Below, one piece after another: positions 1-12,967 of a stretch of DNA of 64,000 bases. The stretch's first letter is position 1; each line of letters opens with the position of its first letter. Under the pieces are notes generated by a model, which was given only the letters and a program-made list of their open reading frames with translations, ran no database searches and was not told the DNA's origin. Source of the DNA: Eledone cirrhosa (Eukaryota); the NCBI GenBank assembly GCA_964016885.1, contig OZ024759.1:4340001-4404000 (forward strand). The letters run 5' to 3'. Position numbers and translations under genes: made by a program.

Positions 1-695
1 TTCCTACTCTATAGCTTCCATCAATTGTGTGAGGTCAGCTGTTATCACCTCATCCCAGGTCTTCCTACTCTATAGCTTCTATCAATTGTGTCAGGTCAGC
101 TGTTATCACCTCATCCCAGGTCTTCCTACTCTATAGCTTCCATCAATTGTGTGAGGTCAGCTGTTATCACCTCATCCCAGGTCTTCCTACTCTATAGCTT
201 CCATCAATCGTGTCAGGTCAGCTGTTATCACCTCATCCCAGGTCTTCCTACTCCATAGCTTCCATCAATTGTGTGAGGTCAGCTGTTATCACCTCATCCC
301 AGGTCTTCATACTTCATAGCTTCCATCAATTGTGTCAGGTCAGCTTTTATCACCTCATCCCAGGTCTTCCTACTCTATAGCTTCCATCAATTGTGTGAGG
401 TCAGCTATTATCACCTCATCCTAGGTCTTCCTACTTCATAGCTTCCATAAATTGTGTCAGGTCAGCTGTTATCACCTCATCCCAGGTCTTCCTACTCTAT
501 AGCTTCCATCAATTGTGTCAGGTCAGCTTTTATCACCTCATCCCAGGTCTTCCTACTTCATAGCTTCCATCAATTGTGTCAGGTCAGCTGTTATCACCTC
601 ATCCCAGGTCTTCCTACTCTATAGCTTCCATCAATTGTGTCAGGTCAGCTTTTATCACCTCATCCCAGGTCTTCCTACTTCATAGCTTCCATCAA
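1..695. repeat. 61-bp tandem minisatellite (~11 copies, runs off the window start), derived from the RTE-LINE C-terminal coding region
   Basis: Unit ttcctactctatagcttccatcaattgtgtgaggtcagctgttatcacctcatcccaggtc. Its reverse complement contains gacctgggatgaggtgataacagctgacctcacacaatt, matching the LINE at ~34576 (gacctgggatgaggtgataaaaaccgaccttacccaatt). Confidence 0.92.
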
Positions 696-794
696 TTTTA
701 TAAAATGCTTGAAAACAACTTAGAAAAAATGTTAATCAAAATCCAAATTTAATCCCAAAGAGAGGAAATTGGAACATTATCCACTGAAAGTTGC

Positions 795-1273
795 TTAACC
801 CTTTAGTGTACAAACCAGCCCAAACTGGCCAGAATTCTCTACCTCTTTCTGTTGAAACTGACTGTAACTGGTCGCTCAGACTGATGTTAAAGTATTGTTC
901 TCAAAATAAATACTTTCAAAATCTGATAGATTCAATATTATGTGAGATAAAGCCTTTACCATGAAAATATAATAGTATATATAAAATAATGTGAATGCTA
1001 AAGGGTTAACCCTTTAACATTTAAACCGGCAATAACTGGCCAGAGTTCTGTCCTCTTTTTCTTTTTAAACCACCCGTAACTGGCCACTCATACTGATGTT
1101 AAAGTATTGTTCTCAATATAAATAATATCAGATTTGATATTATGTGAGGTAAAGACTTTACCATGGAAATATAATAGTATATATATAGAGTAATGTAAAT
1201 GTTATGTGAGATAAAGACATTACCATGGAAATATAATAGTATATATAGAGTAATGTAAATGTTAAAGGGTTAA
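795..1273. mobile_element. Two tandem piggyBac-like MITEs sharing a TTAA
   Basis: TTAA-CCCTTTA...TAAAGGG-TTAA termini at 795/1009 and 1006/1273. The same family occurs at ~32330, 32500-35212, 40409-40625 and 45005-45222. Confidence 0.7.
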
Positions 1274-1474
1274 ACCCTGAAGAAAGGACTTTTAGGTCCC
1301 GAAATATTGGACAGATAAAAGAACAACAAAAAAACAAAACAAAGATTACCAGGTAACTTTTACTTTTCCTTACCTCATCTTATAGTCCATTTTGCATTGT
1401 TTAGCCTTCTATCTCTTTCAACGTTATATTTTATATAGAATGCTTCAAACAAACTACAACATTTAATTATATAT

Positions 1475-1800
1475 CATCATCATCATCTTCAATTAACGTC
1501 CATCTTCCACACTAGCATGGGTTAGACGGGTCCCATTTAGAGGCAAGTGTGGGCTGGATGCTTTTTTGCTGTCTTCTACACGTCCAGTGTGGGTGAGATA
1601 TATATATATATGTATGTATATATCATCACCATTTAGCGTCCATTTTTCCATTCTTGCATGGGTTAGACGGGTCATCCACGCCAGGAGGCAAGTCTGGCCA
1701 GGGTTGGCCATGTGTCGCACCTTGCTCAGGTGAGGTCTGTAAATTTAGTGGGGTATTTTACAGCTGGATTCTCTTCCTAACATCAACCATGTTTACAGTG
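1475..1800 (-). mobile_element. Two RTE-LINE/SINE 3' tail fragments
   Basis: (cat)n followed by cgtcc...gcatgggttagacggg, the reverse complement of the LINE tail at 34940-35008. Confidence 0.7.
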
Positions 1801-2868
1801 TGGAACTGGATGGTTCTGTTATGAGGAGGGACAGGCCAGTTGGTAACTGCAGTGAACTCATCTCACAGTGGAACTATAATTTTGGGGGCCTGGTACTGGG
1901 TGGCACCACTGTGAGGAGGGGTAGCCAGTCAGCTGCTCCAAACTCATCTCACGAGGTTACCACAGTTTTGGGGCCCTGTACTAGATGATCCCGCTATAGT
2001 GATGGTGTAGCTAGTTTATATGAATAAGTAAATCTGACGCAGGTATATTTCTACAGTTTACCAATGTACCATACTTACTGGCGCCAATGACGACCAATTT
2101 TTGAAAAAAAATAATAATCAACCTTCGGCCTCCAGGACATATGGTAGATATTTTAGACTTATATTAGGGAAAAAGTAATGTCTTCGATGCTAGGAAATAT
2201 GGTGAAAATGTAAAATTTCCACTGCTAAATCTATCCCTGCATTTTAAGTATTCTCTATTATCTCATACTGTTACTTTCTTATAAGTCCTATAAGAATGCA
2301 TTTTTTGCTAAACTGCCATAGAGCAGACCTCTGAAGTGATAGAAGGATATAATTCATAGAGCATGCTGGAATACCACTGCTTACATTGGAGAGAATTTCT
2401 CTGGACAGAATGTTGATATCTACAGTTTACCAATATAGAAATATAACATTTCCACTGTTAAATCTATCTCTGCTTCTAAAGTATTCTCTATTATCTCATA
2501 CTGTTTCTTTCTTATTTCAGAATATCAGATGACATTGGGATAAATTATTATTTTCAATCTTGGATACATCATCTCTATTTCTCATCATTTGAAGACTAAA
2601 ACCTTCTAAACAGAACTTATATAACACTGTTTATATAAATCTATAGTTCAATTAGTGTGAAATATTTCCTCAAAACTGAGTTTATTTTCTTCACTATAAG
2701 ATGGTTTTGTATTTTAACTAAACTTGGATGAAACAGAAGTTTGTGTTATCTTCAGATATTAACTGAAATCATAGTTGAGGGAAATATAGAAGAATATTTT
2801 ATAAGAAATATAATATAAAAAATATTACAAGAAAAATATCTGTATATTCTGTTGAAGAAGAAATCATT

Positions 2869-3135
2869 ATGCCAAATAAATTGACAAAGAAGATTAAATG
2901 TGAAACACAATCTAAAGTGTTTAGTATTGCTGGTGAGATGACAAAGGTTAGAGAACAGAAGCCATATCACTGTGATATCTGTGGTATATCATTCTCTCAA
3001 AGAGGTACCTTAACTACTCACAAACGTATACATACAGGTGATAAGCCATATCACTGTGATATCTGTGGTAAATCATTCTCTGGGAAAAGTAGCCTAACTA
3101 CTCACAAACGTATACATGCAGAAGAGAAATCATAA
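2869..3135 (+). CDS. Short C2H2 (Kruppel-type) zinc-finger protein, two intact fingers
   Basis: [53 protein letters not shown] plausible splice acceptor (tttcttatttcag) lies at 2520. May be a truncated gene or pseudogene. Confidence 0.75.
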   Translation: MPNKLTKKIKCETQSKVFSIAGEMTKVREQKPYHCDICGISFSQRGTLTTHKRIHTGDKPYHCDICGKSFSGKSSLTTHKRIHAEEKS

Positions 3136-3760
<625 letters not shown>

Positions 3761-3829
3761 ACTCACCTAAAATAGTTCCATCAATGTTGTTAATATTTTT
3801 AATAATCCTGTTTTACTAAGGAATTCTCC

Positions 3830-4200
3830 TTTCATTTTATGTCTGTACAAACACAGTCTTCTCTCTTACACACCACTTCAGCTCACTCTTAAACCCAGCT
3901 TCTTCTTCAACTTGTCCAAGCTCTCCCTTTCTCTCACACTTACATAACATATCCTACAAAGCATGGTTGTTTCATTTCTCTCCAGTCTACATAACTTCTG
4001 CAGTCACAGCCCTTGTTTCGTTATCATGCATCATTGCACATCACCCACATGTGTCATACAGTTGTCCTTTTGTACAGAGAGAGAGAAACCTTTTGTGGTC
4101 AACTGTTGCAGTAGCTCTCTAAACTTTTTCCATTCTATCCTTATTCTAGCTATACATCTTTCAGAGCAGCCCCCTCCACTTCTAATTAACTCACCTAGAT
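3830..4200 (-). mobile_element. Old RTE-type LINE RT fragment
   Basis: LGELIRSGGGCSERCIARIRIEWKKFRELL matches LGDKISSGGGCSESTVARVRTGWKKFRELI of the 25505-26851 ORF. Confidence 0.8.
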
Positions 4201-4289
4201 TGCAAAATATATTTGTCAGCATACTTTATGAAGGGTCTGTTTGGAAGTGCCTCGCCTAATAAACAGTGGTGCCCTAACTGGATTCAGAA

Positions 4290-5460
4290 ACCAATGGTCA
4301 CACATACATGGTAAGTTAGCTAAGAACGTAGGTTTTACATTGGTTCACTGCACTGGAGAAGTAAGCAGCAATCACGTTTAGGAGACAAGCTCTATCAAAT
4401 ATTTAAAGGGTTCCATAGAAGCAGTTGACAGTTTCTGTTACCTGGGGTATCAAATAAGCAGTGGAGGTAGGTGTTCTGAAAGTACAGTAACAAGAGTAAG
4501 AACAAGATGGCAGAGGTTTAGGGTGTTACTACTGCTGCTAGCTACAAAAGGTTGTTTCACCAAATTGATGTGAGCATATGAACAGCAATGCTGCATTGCA
4601 GTAAGGACCTCAGAAGATTGGATAGAAATGAAGCTTGAATTCTCCGATGGATGTGTAATATTAATATACATGAAGGGGAAAGTGTTAATAACCTGAGAGA
4701 ACTCGGGCATGAGAGGGAAAAGATACAGTATGCAGGAGAGGAGATTGCTGTGGTATGGACATGTGATGTGTATGAAGGTAGAGATGCTGTATAAAAGGTT
4801 GAGCACTTGAAATTGATGGAAGAGGAAGACCTAGGAAAGCTTGGGATGTGGAGGTAAAAACTGACCTGACACCATTGTACCTCTCAAAGGTGATGACACA
4901 GGATTGAAATCTCTGGCGTTATACAGTACTGCAGGAGACCTGCATTCCCATGTGCACGGGTTGACACAACATTTAGTGGTTTGAAGTATGCTCCAATTTT
5001 CCTCCCCTTCACATCTTAACACTCCACCCCCTTACCAGCTAAGTACACCACCCTGACCTACCTCTCCAATCCCCACTCTACATACACACAACCCCACCCT
5101 TACTTTCACATCTGATACACCTCTCTTGACCAACCCATGTATACAAGTAAGGAAAGCTTAACATGCTCTCCTCCAATGCTGCTGAAATGGCTAAACCCTC
5201 AGGCAACCCTGTAAGGTGGTCATGCAGGTGTCATGACAAAAGAGCACCAAGTCCTCTCTGTTAGGTAACATGACAAAAGAACACCTAACCCTCCCTGCAA
5301 GGTAGTCATGCTGATGACATGACAAATAAGCACCCAGTCCACCCTGTGAGGTAGACATGACAGAAGGCCCCTAGCCCACTCTGTAAAGTAGTCATGCTAG
5401 TGGCAAGACTGAAGGGACCCGAAGCACCCTTCAAAGTGATCAAATTGGTGACATGACTTG
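4290..5460 (+). mobile_element. Old RTE-type LINE 3' fragment with tandemly repeated 3' UTR motif
   Basis: Degenerate match to the 26240-26800 region (VDSFCYLG, WYGHVM). About 40-48-bp catgacaaaagagcacc...ctgtaaggtag repeats lie at 5200-5460. Confidence 0.7.
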
Positions 5461-6491
5461 ACACCATTTTTTAGTTTACTTCTAAAATATCTCATTTTTA
5501 TTTTACTTCTAAACTATCTCATATATTTAAAAATTACTTATTTTAAAAAATTATTATTTATTTCTTAAAAAAATTACTTTTTAAAGATTATTTAAAATTT
5601 TTTAATATTTTTAAATATTTTTTTAATATTTTTAAACATTTTAAGTATTTTATTTTGTTAAAAGGGTTTTTTGAGTATCTTCTGAGATTAAAAAAAATTT
5701 TTTTTTTATTTTTCCAGAAATGTTTTCCAGAACTTTTAATATTTTTATATTTTTAATATTTTTTAATTATGTAATATTAGAGTTATAACCAATAACTAAT
5801 TCTGGCTGTATATATCTTTCAACATTTATATCTTCGTCAAAATGGTCTCATACTAACTAATAAATAAACAAAGCTGGGTTTTTCAGTATCTTCCTAATTT
5901 AAAACATTAAAAACATATAAATAATCTTATTAACTCAGTTAATTTAATTACTTACACTAAATATAAACCAGTATCCCTCATAACTTATTAAAACAATTAT
6001 CTATAACATGATATACCCATTTATCCACTCATATATCTATTCTTCTATCTATTGATTCTCCTATTTTCTACTTTATATCTATTTATTTTCAATTTATTAT
6101 TCAATGTCTTTATATATATTTATTTTTTCTATATATCTATTTTTCTATATACTTATAATAGTAAATATTATATTGTATTATATTAGAATTCTAACAATAA
6201 TTAGTAAATATACGTAACATTAATATAAACTTAATACTTATTTACGTTACACGAGTTCATCCTCTATAAATGTCTTTCTTCTCTCTATCTCTCTATCTAT
6301 CTCATAACAGTAATTTTTTCTCTCTCTTTCTTCTCTTTCTTCCCTAACTTTCCCCAGCGTAATTTAAATAAACGGTTGTTTTTTCAATTTTTCATACATT
6401 CATTTGCATATTCACACATAACTTTGAATTACCCCTAATAAGTTTCCCCTATCCAGCGAATTTCCGACCGTTATTTATAAAACAAATTTTG

Positions 6492-6556
6492 TATTTTATC
6501 TGATGAAAGAGCACCAAGATTGACTTGGTCGCCCTTGAAATATATATAATAAAATA
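6492..6556 (+). ncRNA. Minimal type I hammerhead ribozyme motif
   Basis: tattttat-CTGATGA-[aagagcaccaag attga cttggtcgccctt]-GAAA-TATATA-TA-ataaaata. Complete core, 8-bp stem I, stem II hairpin and palindromic mini stem III. Confidence 0.65.
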
Positions 6557-7655
6557 AATATGCAAAAGTTCTATTTAAATTGTTGGGATACAACAAGCAA
6601 ATATGTTTATAACTGATATAAAGCACTCAACAAGTATTTGGAATAAACATACGATATTAACAATCCTTTTGTATTTTATGTACTCAATTATACGATGTAC
6701 TATATTGATTTATACTTCTCTCTATATGTGAGTATATATGTATATGTGTATATTGACATACATGTACATGTGTTCTATGCATTTTTATGAATATATGTCT
6801 GTCTGTATGTATGCATGCGTGACGCGAATCTACCAATTGGCCGAGGATGCACACACATGTATATATATGTATATGTAAGAATTGTGTGTGTACATGTACA
6901 TGTATACCCATACAATTTGATTGCAGATAGACATAACTAACAGCCATAAATGCATAACAGCTAATCTTATATATTTATATATATATATTAAAAAAAATTT
7001 GTTATAAAAAATATTTTATTTAATAACACAAAGGATGGATAACATTAAATTAAAAATTCATTTATGCTTTGTATGTATATATTATATACGTGGTTAGATA
7101 TGGTGTGTATTTTGTGAGTGTGTGTATATATATATATTTATGTGTATTTTTGCGTGTGTGTACGTGTTATATGATATGTAGTTCTCTAGCAATATATAGA
7201 TTTCTTAATGTTTAGATTCCAATTTTTAATATATTGATCTCAATTTTTAAACTAAATATCTAATCATAGTTAAACAATGATTAATTTCTCATATTATGTA
7301 TGTATATTCCATTCATGATTATTAATATTTCTAATTTTATTTATTCATTTCATCTCAATTGTTAAGTTAACTTAATATGACATGACTTAATGTGTTCATT
7401 CTTTCCCCCTCTCTCTATCTCTATATTTTTGTCTCTGTCTGGTGTTTTGATATATCTCTCTCGTTTTTCTCTCCTTTTTCTTTCTTTCTTTCTCCCTTTT
7501 CTCTCTCTCCGTCCTTTTCCTTATCTGTAACACAACGACTTATTTTAAAAATACTAATATAAGTAAACAACTCCACTATCCCTGAGTCTTCCAAAAGTAA
7601 CGGTTGCATTTTGTAAGGGTATGTCAATATTTATTTATAAAACTGTTATATATTG

Positions 7656-7720
7656 TATTTTGTCTGATGAAAGCATACCATAATTTAACATGGTATCCTC
7701 GAAATATGTATAATAAAATA
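7656..7720 (+). ncRNA. Minimal type I hammerhead ribozyme motif (second copy)
   Basis: tattttgt-CTGATGA-[aagcataccat aatttaac atggtatcctc]-GAAA-TATGTA-TA-ataaaata. Stem II differs in sequence from the first copy but still pairs. Confidence 0.62.
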
Positions 7721-7789
7721 GATATGGTTTTATAAATATAGTTTCCATTTGTTAATATCGTATAATAAAATAAATATAGTTTTATAAAT

Positions 7790-8168
7790 CATCATCACCG
7801 TTTTACGTCCGTTCTTCCATGCTAGCATGGGTTAGACGGGTTGTCCTGTTGTGGGCAGTGTCTGGTCGGCTGACCATGCCTTGCTCATACAGGAACTGAT
7901 TTTGGCTTTTCTACAGCCGGATGCCCTTCCTAACACCAACCTCATTTACAGTGAGTGTTGCGTGCTTTTTTCCGTGGCGCCCACACGTCCACTTTACAGT
8001 GTGGGCTGGGTGCTTTTTCTGTGTGGCACCTCCACGACCACTTTGCAGTGGGAGGGTGTGGGGGCATATTGTCTATATGCTTCATCTTGAACCCATGGAA
8101 GGTCGGGTACTCTGTATTACTGCGTGACGCCAGAGGTCACGGTCGTGTGTCATCATCGCCTTTGAGAG
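7790..8168 (-). mobile_element. 5'-truncated RTE-LINE 3' end
   Basis: Close reverse complement of 34620-34995, including the (gat)n tail. Confidence 0.88.
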
Positions 8169-8174
8169 GTGTGT

Positions 8175-8209
<35 letters not shown>

Positions 8210-8457
8210 AATAAATTATCGAGAATCGGAATCTCGGCCCACGAAATAACGAAACACAATCTTCGAAAAGTGTAGCAAAGTGCTCAATAGTTTGGATAAA
8301 CCAGAGCTATAACTAATATTTAAATACCAACACACTGAGATAATGCTTAAAATCATTCGCACAGCCGAAAAAACGACCAAGAAAATTCGGGTCAGACAAA
8401 TAATAAATATATATATATATATTTTTTCTTTTAACATATATGTGTTTATAAAATATA

Positions 8458-8535
8458 TACAGGAACTCCCCAAAAATGTATACACACTTCAACTACAGTC
8501 TATGTAAGTGTGTATATATTTTTGGGGGACACTGT
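8458..8535. mobile_element. Tiny Tc1/mariner-like MITE (inverted second copy at ~10145-10222)
   Basis: TA-CAGGAACTCCCCAAAAATGTATACAC...GTGTATATATTTTTGGGGGACACTG-TA terminal inverted repeats. Confidence 0.55.
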
Positions 8536-9324
8536 AATATACATATCATTAAACGTATCTCCTACATGTGTATAAATAAATATACATGTATTTTATTAAC
8601 AATTTTCTGTAGAATCTGTTAAACATGGAAGAAAATGTGGAGACTAAATAAAATTAACGTGTTGGTCACATTAACTTAATAATATAACTATATATTAATG
8701 AAATATGTCGAAATAAAAGTTGTAATTGTGACAAAAATATTGATTCGGTAGTTTATTATGACCAAGATTGAATATTTAATGGAATTAAGTGGAATTTATT
8801 AGGAAATAAGACAATAAAACAGTGAAATGTTGAGGTTAAAAGAGAGAAAAACAAAATGTCCTCTCTTTATAAACTTTAATGTGGTTGAATTAGTAGCGGC
8901 TCGGCTTACTAAACTCAGCTCTCTCAAGGGTTCGAATCTCACGTAGTTTACTATAGTGTCTACAGAGTTATCTCCTACTGCTTTTATATAGTATCACTGT
9001 TTATTGTAAAGAGGGCGCTACAATCATTTACTAGTGTGACCAATGGTTTGCAGTCTGGCTTACTAACGCCAGGACTAAAGTGTTACATGGTTCCAACCGG
9101 GCTGGTTCCTTAATTTTTAAAAAGAGTTATCACCCATAGTCTTTCAGAGATTCCTCGAAAGGTGGCGTGGCGATCTGCTTTCATGAGGAGTAGTAAGAGA
9201 CAATAATATATGTAAGGAGGAGGAGTGAGAGAGACAAAAACAAAACTGTGTTAATTCTCTCTCCCCCTCGCTTCTTTTACTCTATCTACCTGTTATGTCT
9301 TCATTTCACTGTTTTATTGTCTTA

Positions 9325-9651
9325 CTAGCAGTGTATCCCGGCGTTGCACGGGTAAGAACATTGGTAATAGCACCTCCAATGAGAAACCTTTATTTGTGAG
9401 TGCCTGTTAAAAACTCACAAACTGGACATGCTCACCGACATCCAGAGTTGACACTGCACTCAGTGCTCCTGTGGGAGACTCTGCATGGACACACTGGAAG
9501 AGGAAGACTGAGGTGAACATATGTTGATGCCCTCAGGACAGACACTGGTCTGTTGGAGGTGCAGGACATGGCAGTGATAATGAGGGACAGAGACCCCTGG
9601 AGAGACCTCGTCTATGGTTCTTGGGAATTTTACCCGTCCTAGGTAGATAGA
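9325..9651 (-). mobile_element. Non-autonomous Helitron-like element (3' end clear, 5' end tentative)
   Basis: The minus strand ends tacccgtgcaacgccgggatacactgCTAG|T (hairpin plus CTAG). A candidate A|TC start lies at 9651. Confidence 0.5.
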
Positions 9652-9695
9652 TATATTTGTATGTGTATATTTATATATATGTATATGTGTATATT

Positions 9696-9782
<87 letters not shown>

Positions 9783-9879
9783 ATATGTGTTTGTATATGT
9801 ATGTATATCTATACAAATATATAAAAGTGAAATTGTGTGTGTGTGTGTCCTGATTTTTGCACCGCCAAGGAAGCACCAG

Positions 9880-10015
9880 AGATGTCGCAGCCTCAGCATG
9901 CCAAGCCCTCCACGCAACGGGTGTTGACAGCAGATGAATAGTCTGACCATGGGAGCATGTCCCTTCCATAGAAAGCGGAAGAGGAGGTGCTCCATTTTTG
10001 TCAGAGTTGGGCCGG
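9880..10015 (-). mobile_element. L1/Tx1-type LINE ORF2 fragment
   Basis: [37 protein letters not shown] resembles the post-RT F-x-W...P-x3-GGLG motif of L1/Tx1 elements. Confidence 0.55.
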
Positions 10016-10339
10016 GGCAATATTTCCTAATTCCACTTAATTCCATTAAATATTCAATCTTGGTCGAAATAAATATTTTCATCTGTGACGATCTGTACAA
10101 CCAATAATAGTAGGAGTCACGTTACATGATATGTATATATATATACAGGATGTCCCTAAAATATGTATACACATTTACATAGACTGTAGTTGAAGTGTGT
10201 ATACATTTTGGGGAGACCCTGTATATATTTTATTTATATATATATATGTTAAAAGATGATTGATATATATATCTACACTCAAATAAATTAATAAAATAAT
10301 GAATAAACAAAGAAACAGTTCTTTATATTAAAAAAATTC

Positions 10340-10477
10340 ATCATTTTACGATCGTTTCTAGGATATATATGTGTTAGAGTTGGTATGCATATTCTATAGA
10401 TCTATGTACAATATTTATAAAAACTATCAGAGGGAATATACATACCTACACATATATATGCTGTCTTCAGAAATAAT
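10340..10477 (-). ncRNA. Hammerhead-like motif with long stem II, left arm of the palindrome
   Basis: Reverse-complement counterpart of 10478-10615. Confidence 0.5.
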
Positions 10478-10615
10478 ATTATTTCTGAAGACATCATATA
10501 TATGTGTAGGTATGTATATTCCCTCTGATAGTTTGTATAAATATTGTACATAGATCTATAGAATATGCATATCACCTCTAACACATATATATCCTAGAAA
10601 CGATCGTAAAATGAT
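10478..10615 (+). ncRNA. Hammerhead-like motif with long stem II, right arm of the palindrome
   Basis: attattt-CTGAAGA-[~105-nt hairpin: atatatatgtgt/acacatatatat, tatgtatattc/gaatatgcata]-GAAA-CGATCG-TA-aaatgat. The base of stem II is mismatched. Confidence 0.5.
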
Positions 10616-10874
10616 GAATTTTTTTAATATAAGGAACTGTTTCTTTGTTTATTCATTATTTTATTAATTTATCTTGACTCTGTTTTCCGTTTATTTTTCA
10701 CCGAAAGTAGTTGTTGAATGCATCTTCTCTTTTCATGATATCTGGATTACATTGAGTTCTTCATACGGATTGGACACTACCGTAAACTTTTGGTAGATTT
10801 ATCTACATTCTACACTCAAATGCATATTTATATATTTATATATATATAAATATATATAAATATATTTATATATT

Positions 10875-10908
<34 letters not shown>

Positions 10909-11689
10909 AAGATATATATATACTTTTACGTGTATACATCTGAAAATGTATATATGGATGTAAACATATACGTAAACATACATGTTTACATATAGATGGA
11001 CAGTTATACATATACAATAACTTATTTCTATACATAAATATACCACAAGGCATGGTGCTGCCAACTAACCAGAGCTCCCTCATAATGGACCAGCTAGATC
11101 CCAAAATACAGGCCTGCTAGCCAACACACAGTCCCAATAAGTGTAAACTACAGCGCAGCTATCTGGACTGACTTCTCTTAAGACTACTCATTATCCCACT
11201 ACATCTTTTGTATACTATATATATACTGTATATATACTGTTTATATATATATACACACACACATATAATTGTGTATTCACACATTATCTTAGTAATGAAA
11301 TAATAATTTTAGTAAATTGTTCAAAATTCTTCATTAACCCTTTTGGTAGAAACCCAGCCAAAATAGGTTCTCCTTCTATGGAAATGGTTCCTATCTAAAT
11401 TAAAGTCTTCCAACGAAATTCTATATAACAACCATATGTTAAGTTACTATGTTAGTAATTAACTAACAATTGTGATAAATAGCCCAACATTATTCATAAT
11501 TAATTGAAATACAAGGTTCATAATTATAATAAAATCTTCGAATAGGCTACGAAGCCGGTAAACCTTAAAGGTACGCAACACAAACATCGTTATAGCGTTT
11601 CACCAGGCAATTCCTTCCTCAATCATTACATAGATGTGTGTATGTAATAATTATTTTGTATTGTGTGTCTATTTATGAATATGTATGTG

Positions 11690-12105
11690 TAGATGTGTGT
11701 GTGTTGTGTGTGTGTAACCCAGTAGATGTGTGTATGTAACACAGTAGATGTGTGTGTATGTAACTCAGCAGATGTGTGTGTATGTAACTCAGCAGATGTG
11801 CGTGTATGTAACACAGTAGATGTGTGTGTGTGTAACACAGTATATGTATGTGTATGTAACACACTAGATGTGTGTGTATATATATAACAGTAGATGTGTA
11901 TGTAACACAGTAGATGTGTGTATATGTAACACAGTTGATGTGTATATATAACACAGATGTGTATATAACACAGTAGATGTGTATATATAACACAGTAGAT
12001 GTGTATATATAACACAGTAGATGTGTGTGTATGTAACACAGTAGATCTGTGTGTATATAACACAGTAGATGTGTGTATGTAACACAGTAGATGTGTATGT
12101 AACTA
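11690..12105. repeat. ~20-26-bp compound minisatellite
   Basis: Repeats of taacacagtagat(gt)n(at)n. Confidence 0.85.
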
Positions 12106-12635
12106 AAGTGTAACGTACGTTACGAATGGACAACTAAAAGATTTTAACTTGTTTTTTAACAATTGATGGTGGAAACAAATTTAGATTGTCTCAATTCAGA
12201 CCATAAAGGGCCGCAACACACGGTGTTTGACACACTTACCGGCTACATAGCCTCGGAGTCTATTTTACTGAGACCAGCTACATATCTTCTTCCTAAAATC
12301 TTCCAACATAATTTTATACAAGAACCACATATTAAGTTACTAATAAAATAATTAATAATTAAAAACTTCAGTAAATCCTTCAAATGATATCTCAGTAATG
12401 AAATAATTAATAATTGTTATAAATACCTCAAAATTCCTCATTAATTAAACCCAAGACAGGTAAAAACTCCAGAGTCTTTCAATCGGACATGAAACAAATT
12501 AATTTCTAATGGAAGAAGTAAAGTTTGTAAAGTCAGCCAAGGGAGATCACTCTCAGCGACTTATCGTAATTCTTGTTCCTGAATTAATCCGGATTAAAAT
12601 ATTCTGGTGTATTTTGTGTGGAGGAAACCGGATTT

Positions 12636-12870
12636 AGGCGGTGATAGCACGCAATACATGAACGTATGGTTCGTGAGTTCGAATCCCATACCGGGTGGTC
12701 TGTACGTCGGGGCCTTGAACAAGACACTTTATTTCTCATTGTTTTATTTCACCCAGCTGGCAAAAATAATAAGTTGTAATAATTATAGTGGAAATGTTGT
12801 TACATAGAATTGTCACACTGAATCTCCCTGAGAAGAATGTCAACGGTATACGTGTCAATGAAATACTCAG
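12636..12870 (+). mobile_element. tRNA-derived SINE
   Basis: B-box gagttcgaatccc followed by the ccttgaacaagacactttattt core shared with the SINEs at 28120 and 50455. Confidence 0.6.
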
Positions 12871-12967
12871 ACACATTATAATATAAGATGGGTTCTACAT
12901 GTATTTCAAAGGGAAGCCATGCCATACGTCTTGCTGAATCTCCCTGAGAACTACGTATATACTAGTG

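Larger units (their letters stand above)
10283..10672. repeat. ~390-bp spacer-less palindrome
   Basis: Centre aaataat|attattt at 10477/10478, with ~195-bp arms and few mismatches. Confidence 0.95.

Noticed and set aside
1277-1310. CTGAAGA-stem-GAAA hammerhead-like motif
   Set aside because: Stem II is present but there is no proper UH cleavage site or stem I partner. At best it is a dead pLTR relic.
8890-8946. tRNA-like sequence with GGTTCGAATC B-box
   Set aside because: No cloverleaf could be folded. This and the other B-boxes are best explained as SINE heads, so no tRNA gene is called.
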